A stretch of 48,336 nucleotides of DNA, from NCBI RefSeq assembly GCF_000315625.1, contig NW_005434488.1, positions 43,827 through 92,162 on the forward strand, in the 5' to 3' direction. The notes under the pieces were generated by a model. It was not told where the DNA came from. It did not search any database and saw only the letters and a program-made list of their open reading frames with translations. The position numbers were made by a program, and so were the translations under genes. Positions 1 to 11,969 of this stretch are shown here, in pieces; position 1 is the first letter of the stretch, and each line of letters begins with the position of its first letter. This stretch comes from Guillardia theta CCMP2712 (Eukaryota; Protista; Cryptophyta).

Positions 1-162
1 CAAGTGAGCTGAACAAATCTTGACAAAGTTCAAACATGGTGGAGGCAAACGTCCCATTGGGCTTCTTGTCATTCACATCAAAACACGATGCTTCTCTTCC
101 CTGATGTTCTATCCCATCGTCTTTATCCAGCTCTCCTCCACCTCCTCCGGCTCCTCCTAGTC

Positions 163-243
163 TGCTCTGCTCTGATCTGCTCTGATCTGCTCTGCTCTGC
201 TCTGCTCTGCTCTGCTCTGCTCTCTGCTCTGCTCTGCTCTGCT
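163..243 (+). repeat. (CTGCT)n microsatellite, probably intronic
   Basis: Tandem ctgct/ctgat units seen directly. Confidence 0.9.
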
Positions 244-499
244 CATATATTCTCCGCTCCATTTCTCTCCCTCCTGTTACTAATTATCCCGCCATTTCTG
301 AGGAGCTTCCGAAATTATCCTAGCTTGTGTACCCGGCGTTGCCAGTTTCCATTACTGCCAGATTATGATCGAATTTCAGTTTTAATCTACGTTGCCGTAA
401 CCATCACAATCAATGTTGTCAACATCACCATCACATCACATCATATCATATCACATCATATCATCACAAGCAGGCAGGCATGTCTGACTGGATGATCAG

Positions 500-1220
500 G
501 CATGATCACGGTATCACAACGGAAAGATTGAAGTTTGCCATCAGCTTCGAAGACCTGTACACGACTGGGTTGTTCCGCAACAAGCGAGCGGTAGGCAAGT
601 TTCATGTACGGCCTCGACCCTGCCGTCAGCGCGGCTTCCAGTAGCGCGACCTCGGCGAGAACGCGAAACTAGCGTACAAGATCAACAAGAGCTTGCGCAT
701 GGCTCTGGTGAGAGAAGCTGACTTCATGAAGAAAATCAATGACGACGACGACGACGATCGGAGTATGATGACGACGAAGGTGCCGGTATGAAGGTTGTTG
801 TATGACGGTACCTTGCAAATCTCCTGATCATCAATGTAGCAGCTCTCGTCTTGTACATTTACTATGCTAGTCTCATCGCCTCAAGTTTTCCTGCTGCTAG
901 TCATTTCAGGTTTTAAGCGGCTCAATAAAGAGACTCGGAACCCACTGAGTCGATACTCGAATGCCCCGGCCTTCCGCTCGCTGAGCAAGGAGCTGCTAAG
1001 GCCCTGAGACGAAACATTCCCAAGTTCATCAGGAAGTTCATCATGACGGGCTCCTCACACGAGTCAGCCACTGCAGGTACGCAAGACGTGTGATCCCTGT
1101 CGCCCGGGACGCGGGTGTTGAGTGGCCAATTCCATGCAAGGAGGGACAAACTCGATGAATTCCAAGCAAGGAGGGAGAAACTCGCATGCAAGGGCAGGGT
1201 GACCAGGTGCTTGCTCTCAG
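500..1220 (+). CDS. Partial multi-exon gene of unknown function (5' part probably upstream or outside the window)
   Basis: Exon 500-590 (HDHGITTERLKFAISFEDLYTTGLFRNKRA) follows a ctgac...atcag acceptor and ends at a gtaggc donor. After intron 591-644 it reads RDLGENAKLAYKINKSLRMAL. Further coding-like segments at ~910-1190 could not be joined reliably. Confidence 0.4.
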
Positions 1221-1644
1221 ATGAAACCGATAAACAATCAAGAAAACACAGGCCAGATTAGGACATGTTCCTGATCGCAACATGATCTGGTTGTTGTGAG
1301 CACTGTCCTATAGCTATCTACCAGCGAACTGCAGTGCAAGCCCCCTGTTTCTCTCCTCAACGTTGTGAGCTAAGGATCATCCCTACTCGTCCGATCCCTC
1401 CCTCCTCTCCTCTTCCACTCTCCATCCCTACGCTGCTTCCTCTCTCCATCCCTACGCTGCGTCCTCCCTTCCCACCTCCACCCTTGCTGTTTTCATCCTT
1501 TCTCTTCCTCGGTCATTTTCATAGAAAGGAGTATGAGGCAATTTCTGCCTTTAGAAGCTTGTGAATGATGTGATGAGGCGGACTCGTAGGCTTGTAGTAT
1601 TCTTTCGTAGCTTTCCTAGTCAAGCGACACGTTTGACGGGCAGC

Positions 1645-4600
1645 ATGGGGAAGTTGAAGCTTGTGGGGCTCTGCTGCTCTTGAGCCCCTCCAGCTTCTTG
1701 ACGAGCGCTGCTAGCTGCGAGCCTCCTCCTTCACACGCCTTTTGGGAGGGAAACCTCTCTTCCTCCGCTACCTGCACATGGCTCTGCTTGCCTGGCTTCA
1801 CTGAGCTCAACGGTTCTTGCCTGCCATGTCTCCCCTGCGGCTCCTCAAGTCACAGCCCATGCTGGTACCCCACACGAGAAGTGCAGACTGACATGGGTAG
1901 CTCGTCTTGCGTGCCAACCTGCGCGGACGCGTCGCTTGTCAGCACGGGAGTGTGGAGCCAGCAGAAGGACATAGTCTCCTGCCAATGCGCGAACAAGCTG
2001 GTGACTCGTTTCAGAGATCGTGTGGAATGTGCTAACTTTGGGAATGTCAACGAGCCAAACTGTGCTGGACCAAAATCCTCAGTGGAGTTCTCCTATATCA
2101 TGCAAGAGAATATGGTCGTAGATAAATCAGTTGTCACATTTGCAATTCCATATAATGGGAACATACAACTTTGTCTTGACTCGTGTAATTCTGAACCGAC
2201 TTGTCGTTGTTTCAGTATTTTCACGGATAGAAATAATGGTAGAAGGACGTGTATGTTCAGCGATTCTTCTTGCCGTGCGATGAATGTGAAGAGCTGGGAT
2301 CGTCAACCTTCTGTTCTCTACATTAAGAACGCTAGTACCTGTTCAAAGCAGTGTGACGGTTCTACTGTTTCAGTCGACAGCATTGCATACTGCCAGTGCG
2401 GTCAAGGAACTTATCTTGATGCAGCGACCGATACAGCAAGAGATTGCATAGCAAAAGATTCTTTGACCTTTCACAGCGTCATTCCTGACGTCTTTAACCA
2501 GAGCACGAGCCTTGCAATGTGTGCGACTACTGCTAGAAGTCAAAAGCGAGAATCATTCTGCTTCAGCGCCTCCACCAGAGCCTGTTATTCTCGAACGGAT
2601 TCATCTAGCGTTTGCTCGAGGGATAGTTGGCAAGGGCATGAAGTGAGTAGGAGGTTCTCGCTTTATCTTACTCCGCTTCCATGGGACGAGGCAGAAGCTT
2701 TTTGCAACAGTCACGGGGGTCATCTTTCCTCTATCACCAACCAGAAGGACAAGTTGCTGATGGAGGGGCTAGTGCAGGGCATAGAGAACGTGTGGATAGG
2801 ACTGAACTTGGATTCTCATCATGCAGATAGCAATGGATCTGACATCCGTTGGTCCGATGGCATGTTTCTCAGCAGTTTCAATCAACTCTTCCGTGAAATT
2901 CCTCGATCTGGATGCGTTGCAATGCGTTCCTTGTCATCGACAGCTGCTTTCCCGGCCTTTGCTTGTGATCGTTCGTTTGCTTTCTCATGCTCTTACATGG
3001 TGGATGATATCATCAAGATAGAGCAAGACCTCCAATGTTACTCCACTTCTTCTGTTTGTCGCGTTTGTCGCAACTTCAACGAGTCGATTGGACCTCATTT
3101 TGTTGTTGGAGTCGGAGACGTAAAGACGCGATGGTGCCCGGTTAGTTGTGAGTCGAGTTACGTGGACTCTTACACCTTGCATGGATGTAATGGGGACAAC
3201 AGTAATGCTACTTGCTCAAAGGCGAAAGCTTGCAGAACTTTCATGGAAAACGGAACAGTAGAATGTGATAGAAAATATTTGCAATGCAGCAAATTTGAAA
3301 TTCGCGGCGAATTTGAAATTCACTACTATTCCTTGGCTGTCTGGCTTTTGGGGCTTGGACTACCCTCAATGCTTGCTACAATATTCTTGTTTTTCTCAAT
3401 GGTTTACTATCCATCAGTTTGGACTACGAAGGATAAGAAAAGGCATTGTGTGTCCTGCGGTACTTCACTTTGCTTCACGTGCTACATGAATACAGCAGAA
3501 GAGACCCCTCCATCTCCTGAGAATCAGACGGTAGAAGTGATTATGCAAGGTTTCGTGATGTTGCAAGCTAAGTGTTCTTGGAGAAAAAGTCTGATTTGCT
3601 TGACCTGCAATGAAAACAGACCCTCTCAATGCGATCAAGTCTGTGCTCGATACGGCAGACGGGTAAGGCAGTGCAATGCCATGGAAGACAAGAAGTTTCA
3701 TTCATTACCGGACGCATCACTCAAATCGCTTGTTGTCAGTATCAAGAATGCGTTTTTATTGAAATACGATTTACGAATACAAGTTTGCTTCTCGATTCTC
3801 CTCATCTCTGTGATACTTTTCTTGGCAGTCTATAGTGAAATGTCACGAAATCATTCTCGGATTACAGAAAATGACGCGCTCGCAATCTCTCTCATAACCC
3901 CGTTGGTTTCACTACCTGTGTCTTGTCTTGCTGTCGTTTGCTTTTGCATGATCGTAGCAGAGCTGGAGAAGTCGCTTTGTTGCGTCTGTTCAAACGATTT
4001 CTCATGTCCGAGCTGCCACATGAGAAAGTTTAACAAGCTTATGGACAAGTCTCCCAGAGAGCTTCAAAGGTTGCGAGGAGAACGACCCGGTCGCTTCATC
4101 TACGTGAGGGACAACAAGCCGTGCAGCAGAGTTGATCTGAATGATTCGATATCCGGTAGGATAGTTCTCAAAGTGCGTCATATGGAAGAAGAGGGGAGGC
4201 CCCAGCCCCTCTACTACCTCAAGTCTGATGTTTCCTTTGCTTGGCTTCATCTCGACAACACATCAGGAGATTTGACGTTCGACACCTCCAAGATAACTGA
4301 AGACAATCGCAAGACTTCGACCATCACGTTAGTCATCGCAGCATTCAACACGTCTGGTTTCTGTACTACGAAGATCCAAGTATTCCTCGACGCTTGTCCT
4401 TCTCCTCCATCAAATCTCAGATACCCTCAATGCGACGGCTACTTGCTGATGCTTGAATCGCTCCTCTACAAGCAATGCTACATCACAGGAATGCTGCAGT
4501 GCTCGTGGTGTAGACAAGATGCGTCAGAACAGATGATATGTCAAACTTGTATCAACGAAGGCAAACGATCGCCTCTTGTCTGTCAGCAATGTTTTCACGG

Positions 4601-7600
4601 GTACGAGTTTCGACAAGTTTCGCATCATCGTCTAGGGCATGAGTTTGTTAGACGAGCACCGGCACAAGTAGGATCATACGTTCAACGAGCAGATGGGGGA
4701 ATCGAAAAGATTGAAGAGATGTCTACAGGAATACTCGAAAACGAACCTTTCATACCCCTTGACCTGTTCTATTTCCCTGTACCCCTCTTTTTTCTTGCCA
4801 ACGGTTTTTACATCTCAGTCAGTATTGTGATTTTGGGGTTTTCAGGATTAGCTATCCTTTTAACTTCGATTTTTGGTTTATATTTTGCTTATGGTGCATC
4901 CGTGGTAGTCTTTTGGCGGGAGGAGCGCAATGTGAGGAGATATAGATACTATAAGACATCACGTCGAGGGTCAGACGTCGTCAGAGATCTCCAAGAGAGC
5001 GATTATCCTTCCTTTCAAGTGTTGGGAACAGATTCGATCCCGATGCATACACACGTGGAGGCATCGGCAAGGCTGGAGGAACATAGCTTCCCTCCTGCTC
5101 GTTTCCGATCTCTCAAGGTCTTGCCCAAGGGTGTCTTTCTCAACGAGGATAGCGGGACTTTGTACGGATATCCGCTTGAAGAAGGTGAGTTTGAAATACA
5201 AGTTGAAGCATACAACGAGATCGGCTCGTCCACTTGCACGTTGCTCATGAAGATCGTCGAACGCCATGCTTCAAGCGCAGTGCGTGCATGCCCCAGCGCT
5301 TTCTCAGAAGCTCCTCTAGTGTTACTCCATGAAGACAACGAGCAAGAGAGGACGATAGAGATTGAAACCTTACAGGAGGACGACTATGCGATCAGCGAAC
5401 TCAGATACTTGAAAGGACAACTGCGAGAAGGGATTGGAAACGTGTGCTCTGAAGGATCATATCAGATGCTCTCGACTCACCCGAATCTAGTGAATCTTGA
5501 TCTTGATGCTGAAACAGGAGAAGTTTCTTGTTCGCTTACCCTTCGCACAATTCTCTCCTGTTTTCCAGCCAAGTGTGAAGCGATCTTTCTGTCTGAGAAA
5601 GCCGAGGTCATCCGCAAGTCTCTCTTCCTATCCATCGCTCAAGTCTCGTCCTGTCAGCCTCTGCCCCTGGCCTCCATCCGGTTCGCGCGCTTAAGCAACG
5701 CAAACTACATGAGCAGCATGCGGCTGCCAGACTTCCCGCAAGTTGCGCAGGTCGAGCCCCAGCTGTTCTCCCTTAGCTCGGGTGAAGAAGTGTGTATCGC
5801 TCCCTGCCTTGTCTCTCTGCCAGCAGTCATGCGCTCGTTGACTGAGCATGTCGCGTTTCATTCCGGTCTCACCCTCGTCGTCGTCGAAGTTTTGGCAGCT
5901 CACGCGAGGACAGGACGCATGCGGGTCACGCCAGGCAGAAGCAGAGGAGGCGGGGGGCTGGAGATGGAGGTCAGCTGGGATCGAGCAGGCGAGGTGTGGG
6001 AGGAGGCAGTGATGGGGAGTGACATGTACATATACGTGACAAGCGTGTTGCCCGGCTGGACCCTGAGACCGCTGCGATCCCACGTCAATGACGAGCTAGT
6101 GGAGCAGAGGAACGCGCTTCCCCCCGGGCTGAAGCTCAGCTCGAACGGAGTCATCTACGGTAAAGCGCGGGTCTTGCAGCCTGTCGTTGGGTTCGAGTTG
6201 GGGCATGCAGCGAGTCAAGGCGAAGAGAGCAAGACCATCGCCATGACGGTGACGTCATCGGCTTCCGCGAGGTATCGAGCAATATTGAGTTCTTTCCTCT
6301 TCGCCCACCAGCTCTTCATGGCGATGTTCCAACGGAAGCACGTGCGGGCAAGGCTAGAGCTCCTCTTGGAAGCAAGATCAGCGACTAGCTTGGAGGAGCT
6401 TGACCTCGAAGAAGTTGTGCGATACTACACGTTCCCTCGCAAGAATGACATCAGGTTCTGCATCAAAATGTATGAGAGATCAGACAGGCCCGACATTTCG
6501 AGCGTGAGAATACCAGGATTCAAGGTGCATGCAGTTATTGGAAGAGGAGGGCAGGGATCGGTATACCTCTGTCAGAGAGAGCAAGGCTCCTTGGCCATGT
6601 TTGCTGTTAAGGTTTGCGACAAGCCAGACGAGCGGGAGTATCAGAACCTGAAAACCCTTGAGCAGCTCCGACATCCCAACATCGTTAAAGTGTTCGAGTG
6701 CTTGCTGCAGCCGTTCGCTATCGTCATGGAATTTGTGGAAGGAGAGTCTCTGAAGGACTTGATAGAGACTTCAGAGGAGGGGGAAGGTCGACGTCTCACT
6801 AGGGATGTGGTATATGAGATCGGTTCCCAGCTTCTCCTTGGTCTCTGCGCACTGCACAAGTTATCTATCCTGCATCGCGACCTCAAGCCGTCCAACATCA
6901 TCTGCACCTTCTCAGGTAACGACATCCAGCGAGTCACGCTGATAGACTTCGGAGCTTCGAAGCACGAGAACCTGGATCACACCATGACCTACACCGGCAA
7001 CTACATCGGTACCCTGCACTACTTCAGCCCCGAGCAGTGCAGAGGAGACTCCCAGCTCGACGCAAGAGTTGACGTGTGGTCAGCTGGGGTAGTCATCTAC
7101 GAGATGACAGCTGGGAAGAAGCCTTTCTTCTCTCACAACGTGCTCGAGCTCTTCACGGCTATTCGCAGAAAGCCGTTTGCCTACATCCCGGGCTGCGGAG
7201 CTGCGATGAACTTGTTTCTGAAGACAGCGTTGAAGAAAGAGGCGGGAGATCGATTCGAAGACGCGGAGGAGATGCTGCACATGTTCAAGCAAGTGTTTGA
7301 TGATCCCGAGAAAGCAGCTCAGACGCTTTCTGAAAGGAAAAGCACGTTCAAGGCTGAAAAAGCCGAGCCCGGGAGGAAGCGAGGGTCCAACAAGTGGGGG
7401 GTACTCGCCTTCTTTGTGAAACGTCACGTCAACCCATTAACACTCAAGTCGAAGATCGGAGACGCGTGGAACAACAACAGAGACGACGAGGCGCTGGATC
7501 TCTTGCTGGCACAGGAGCTCGAGAGCATCGACCCATATGAGGAAGCCAGCATCATGCAAGACTCGTCGCTCGGCGCCATGTTCGACCTCCGCATGCACCC

Positions 7601-8196
7601 GCAGCCGACGTTTGAGAGCTTTGTGCGTCAGATGGGGGCGTGCGACTCGTCGGAGATCAGGGTGGTGCATCTGTCCGGGCATGGGGACAGCAAGAACGGC
7701 TTCTGGTGGCTGAAAGATGGCTCTAAGTCCGAGTTCGACCTCAAGTCCCCCGAGGAAGTGGCAGACGTCATCGCTCTGCACGTGGACGGAGGCCCAACCC
7801 AGACGTCCGTCGAGTGCGTCGTACTGAACGCGTGCCAGTCCTACGGGATGGGGAGGCGCCTCTTCGAGCTGGGGGTGCGCAACGTGGTTTGCTGGGAAGG
7901 GAAGGTGAGGGACACAACGGCAATAACGTTCTCGAGGTACTTCTACGAGAGTTTAAACGAGATGGCCGGGAGGAAGGAGATAGACTATCGCAGAACCTTC
8001 GAGCGAGCTTGTCTCAGATACTCCTCCTCCTCAGAGTCTGACCCAACGAGCACAGTGAGAAGTCTAGTGAGAAACTCGAAGAGAGGGAAGTTGGATCAGA
8101 TTGTGATGATAAGCAAAGGTAACTTTGAACAAGTCTTTATGTCTCCCTGCTGACTTGTCTGCAGGCGGAGATTGTAAACGAGATCTTTCAATCTAA
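1645..8196 (+). CDS. Multi-pass receptor-like Ser/Thr kinase-CHAT protease fusion (Cys-rich, PAN x2, C-type lectin, ~5 TM, ZZ finger, He_PIG repeats, kinase, CHAT)
   Basis: Open frame 1620-8153. C-type lectin at 2646-2991 (LPWDEAEAFC...GHLSSI...VWIGL...WSDG...GCV...C...FSC). Kinase motifs GRGGQG (6540), AVK (K at 6609), HRDLKPSN (6873), DFG (6945), GTLHYFSPEQ (7008), DVWSAG. CHAT motifs VVHLSGHG (H at 7680) and VVLNACQS (C at 7833). A probable terminal intron 8119-8164 (gtaact...ctgac...tgcag) gives the end SKGGDCKRDLSI* at 8196. The start is uncertain because ATG 1645 is out of frame by one base. Confidence 0.9.
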
Positions 8197-8559
8197 TCCG
8201 CCGACGCTGGACCATATTTCAATTCGCAGTTGTTTCCTGCTGTTTGTCATATCAGATAAAATGTTTGCTCAAAAACAGCTGCCGCTCGAGGAGTTGGATC
8301 CGGCTGACATAAGTAGCTTCTCTCCCTCAGCGTCTATCTGGACTAAGTATCTCGAGGAAAATGGCTGCTGCTACTTGTAGCCGGCGCGTTCACGTTCACC
8401 GGTCCCGCTCCCCGTCAGTCTTGTAGCCCACATCATCCTCTCGAGCTCAAACAGAACTTATCAGCACAATCAGCTCTGTCATCTCCAGTCACCCGCTTTC
8501 TCTCCGAGCCCTCCATAGTAAGCTCTGGAGAAAACGCCCGCATGCCTTGGTCGAGCGCA

Positions 8560-9230
8560 GTGTTCAACTCCGCCGCGGTCTTCCGGCTTCACTGCATTGC
8601 TCAGACGGAACCTATGCGTGTCCCTTGCAGACAGATTACAACATCTCAACATGGGCTCCAAGACGCTATCAAGGAGCAAATCATTCGCTACATGCTCTCC
8701 AGCATGAGCTTGTTGTTTCCCATCATCGCTGAAGCAACACCCGAGACGCTCTGTTTCTTGTTACTCTGCTCGCAATCGCGATGCTAACATGCGATCTCAT
8801 CTCTCCCACATCTCCATAGCAAGGGACATATTCAACGAGGTCTCATGCAAGTTGGTTGCTTCATTCCTCAAGGTGCAAGCGAGCTTTTGATAATCTCTTC
8901 TGCTGCAAACCTTACTGAGACTTCAGGTATCCAGGGAATCGAATTGGTCAATCAGATACCGTTACAGCCTCTGAGCTGTTCAGTAGGAAGAGTCGAAGAA
9001 ACTTGCTGGTCAACACCTTACAAGTGTTGCACGAGATATATCAGTATCACAGCTTGAAGCAACAAAGCTATCCTGTTCTGTTGTGCAACATCATATGCTG
9101 GTCGTTGGAATCTTCATCTCGGAAAGCGAAAGTGCATGTACTTGTACTGATCATGGCTGACTTGCCGAGAGACCTTCATCCATGGATGCTTGGACTGGGG
9201 AGCGATACATTGTGGGCCGCAGTCAGATAG
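8560..9230 (+). CDS. Probable small multi-exon gene, unknown function
   Basis: Coding-like segments (LQDAIKEQIIRYMLSSMSLLFPIIAEATPETL; ARDIFNE; GASELLIISSAANLTETS) separated by short gt...ag stretches. No domain recognised; boundaries unresolved. Confidence 0.3.
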
Positions 9231-9539
9231 CGCCGAGTTAACAAAACTCTCCTGTAAACACCCTTACGTGTTTCGAGGCGGCAATGTAGTACGTGTCACA
9301 ATGTGACGAAGAGGAGGCCTTCCTAGCCGTCTTGCGAAGGTCCGAGCCTCTCATATCTGCCAGTACAGTCTATCTCTCATGTGCTCCTCAATTGTGGTTT
9401 CGTGTGCCATGATCGGACTGACTTGAAACTGGTCTTGAGCAAAACCTGTCTGTCTGTCTTGTTGCAGTCTGCCTGTCTGTTTGGCATAGTACAAGTTTGC
9501 TCCGTCAGCCTCGTACAACACTCCGGCTTCAACCTCAGC

Positions 9540-9790
9540 TCGGCTGACCGTTGAACTTCCGAAGGCCGCGCCCGGGGGCCCGGCCCGCGGCCCGGGGCCC
9601 GGTGTCAGCAAGATGGGCCAGCGTGACGGTGAACCTTGCCCGGCCCGGCGGCTGAGGGCCGCGGCACTGTCACACCGCCGGGTCTCAGTCCGACGGTCGT
9701 GCCACTGGCACCGTCATGCGTAGTTACTATCATGTCTTCACTCAGACTCAACTTGAATCTACGGTTTCATTCTCACTTGTCACAGGGACT
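9540..9790. other. GC-rich palindromic-word island 1
   Basis: Dense GGCCCGGG, CCGG, GTGAC/GTCAC, ACGGT and AACTTGAA words with no coherent coding signal. Confidence 0.55.
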
Positions 9791-9795
9791 TACTG

Positions 9796-11381
9796 TTAAC
9801 AATCACAATCACGTTGTACGTCGGAGCTTGCTTTGCCGCCATAAGGACTCTTCGACGGGCTGTCAGGACTCCTGCTTCCTCCGCCCCACCCACAAGACTC
9901 GCCGCCAGCCTCTCCCTCCTGCCCTGTCGAGCTCAGCTTCATGATACTTTGTACCTCCTCCCGCGGCAGATCAGCCTGAGCTGAAGACTGATCGTCTTCT
10001 ATCGGGCAGCTCATGTACCATCGGATCCATTCACTCTCCGATATACCCTGCCCTCCTCTTCCTCCGACTTGCAACGTCAAGACTGAAGTCACACAACAAG
10101 TCAGCAGGGGAGCAGCAGCGAGACTCTCAGTCTCTCTTGCTCTCACCTTGGGTCGCGGCGCTGCTTCCGACGTGGCTGCTTCCCAGCTCCGAAGAGAGGG
10201 AGGGAGCCCCTGCCTTCCCTCCTTGCACTTGCCCTTCCACTGTGCCCTCAGCACCAGTCCAGCTGCAGCCTGCCCTGCTGGGGTATGCGAGGTTTGCGCC
10301 TGCTCCCCCCTCGGGCTTCGCATCAGAGCTGGAGTAGACGCCAGGTGGAGTACGGGAGGAGGAGGCTTCTACTGGGTACAGCGGGTACGAGCCCTCTGAC
10401 CTGTCTGAGTCCCCTGACTGCCCGTCTTGCCGGGTGACCTCTGACGTGGCACTCGCGCCCGGCACGCTCGTCTTCCTGTTTCTTGAGTAAGGCCACTTGC
10501 TAAGGCCAAGAGCCTTGCACGCGTTCTTGAGGGCGGTCAGAGAAATCCCCTGCACAGCTCCGTCATGAACAAGCGCGAGGGAGGGAGAGAGGGATAGAGG
10601 GAGGGAGAGAGAGAGGGATAGAGGGATAGANNNNNNNNNNNNNNNNNNNNNNNNNNNNNNNNNNNNNNNNNNNNNNNNNNNNNNNNNNNNNNNNNNNNNN
10701 NNNNNNNNNNNNNNNNNNNNNNNNNNNNNNGGGAGGGAGGGTGCATACAAGAGCATTTGCCGCATCCTTTTGGCTGTGATGTTGGAGGCTCCGGATGGAC
10801 TCTGCCGTCACATTCAGCGGGCCCTTTGAAACTTCAACAGCAGTAGGCATCCGCCGCTTCCTTGGGAAGACAATGTGCGTGCTGTCTCGAGGGAACGAGT
10901 ACCCAGCACCAGCACCAGCACCAGCACCAGCACCAGCACCAGCACCAGCACCAGCACCATCCTGGTGTGGAGCTTCTTCCACACGTGACGAGCGTACGCT
11001 GCTGGTTGAGGAGGAGGATGGCGAGGCATGCTGCGGCACAGGTGCCATGTTGGAAGGGCCCGGAAGCAGCGAAGGAGCCATCGTCCTCAACACGCCTTGG
11101 TGGAACTCAGCCCACGATGCTCGAGCATGGAGCTCTCCAACATGCTCTCCCCCTACCGCCATGAACGTTCTCTGTTCCTGTCGATTGTATGCTGCTCCTG
11201 TACCCTCGGCACCTTGTACGAGTGGAGCAAACGGGGCATGCGAGGGTTGTCTTGGTTCGGCTCGTTCCGATCTACAGCAATCTGATGCTCGGCGTTGCTG
11301 TACATTTCGATCCCATTGACCATCATTGCCATCATTGCCATCAACTTCTCTTGCAGAACATTGATCCCCCCGATCGCTCAT
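9796..11381 (-). CDS. RWP-RK domain transcription factor (copy 1)
   Basis: Exon 11381-10749 ends HIVFPRKRR...VTAESIRSLQHHSQKDAANAL. A phase-0 intron 10748-10550 spans the N gap. The exon from 10549 reads GISLTALKNACKALGLSKWPYSRNRK. After an intron at ~10146-10069 it continues ...SEWIRWYMSCPIEDD. The 3' end is approximate. Confidence 0.88.
10631..10730. other. Assembly gap (100 N)
   Basis: N run inside a GA-rich intron. Confidence 1.
10903..10958 (-). repeat. Coding (GGTGCT)n repeat giving a Gly-Ala tract in RWP-RK copy 1
   Basis: (gcacca)n on + strand, in frame as GAGAGA... on - strand. Confidence 0.9.
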
Positions 11382-11969
11382 CTTCGAGCTTGCCGTTCAA
11401 CTACCGCTTTTGTTAACAGGTGTGTATAACATCCGAGACCGAGACGGACGCCATCCTTCAATCCCGCCGTATGTCCATTGCGGAGCCGCACAGCATCATT
11501 CCATCCCATATCTCTCATGTGCAGACATATCTTCTCTCTGTCGCTCTCCTCCTTCACGACAAAATCCTGGATTTAGCATGTCAATCCTCGTTCGCATCTA
11601 CTCCAGGACTTGATCGCGTTTGTTTCTGAATATGAATCTGCTCATATTCTCCAGGGCATCCCTTCCTTGATTCATCACTAGTCTCTCTTCTCACCTCGTT
11701 TCCCTCTCTGCGAACATCTGGCCGCTCCTTGCTCCTCTAGATACCCTTCCCTGGCCCCACCTGCCTCCAAGCTACGCAAGTTCCCATCTTTCTGACTTGT
11801 CTGTCCTCTCACTGTCTCTTTTTACGGTCTCCATCCCCCCCCTCCCTGTCTCCTCACCTTCTAAGTGATCTCTCCTCTGCTTCTCTTCGCTCCCCGCATC
11901 CTCTTCTGCCACCATTCTTACCCTCTTGCTCCTAACAGAGCTGCTGTCCACTCTAGTTATGTCTTTCCT

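Noticed and set aside
1127-1190. ~30 bp tandem duplication (aattcca.gcaaggaggga.aaactcg)
   Set aside because: Two copies with a unit divisible by 3, most simply a short coding repeat.
8119-8153. ORF-track C-terminus NFEQVFMSPC* of the kinase-CHAT protein
   Set aside because: Probably read-through into a 46 nt GT-AG intron with a ctgac branch motif; the spliced end GDCKRDLSI* is preferred.
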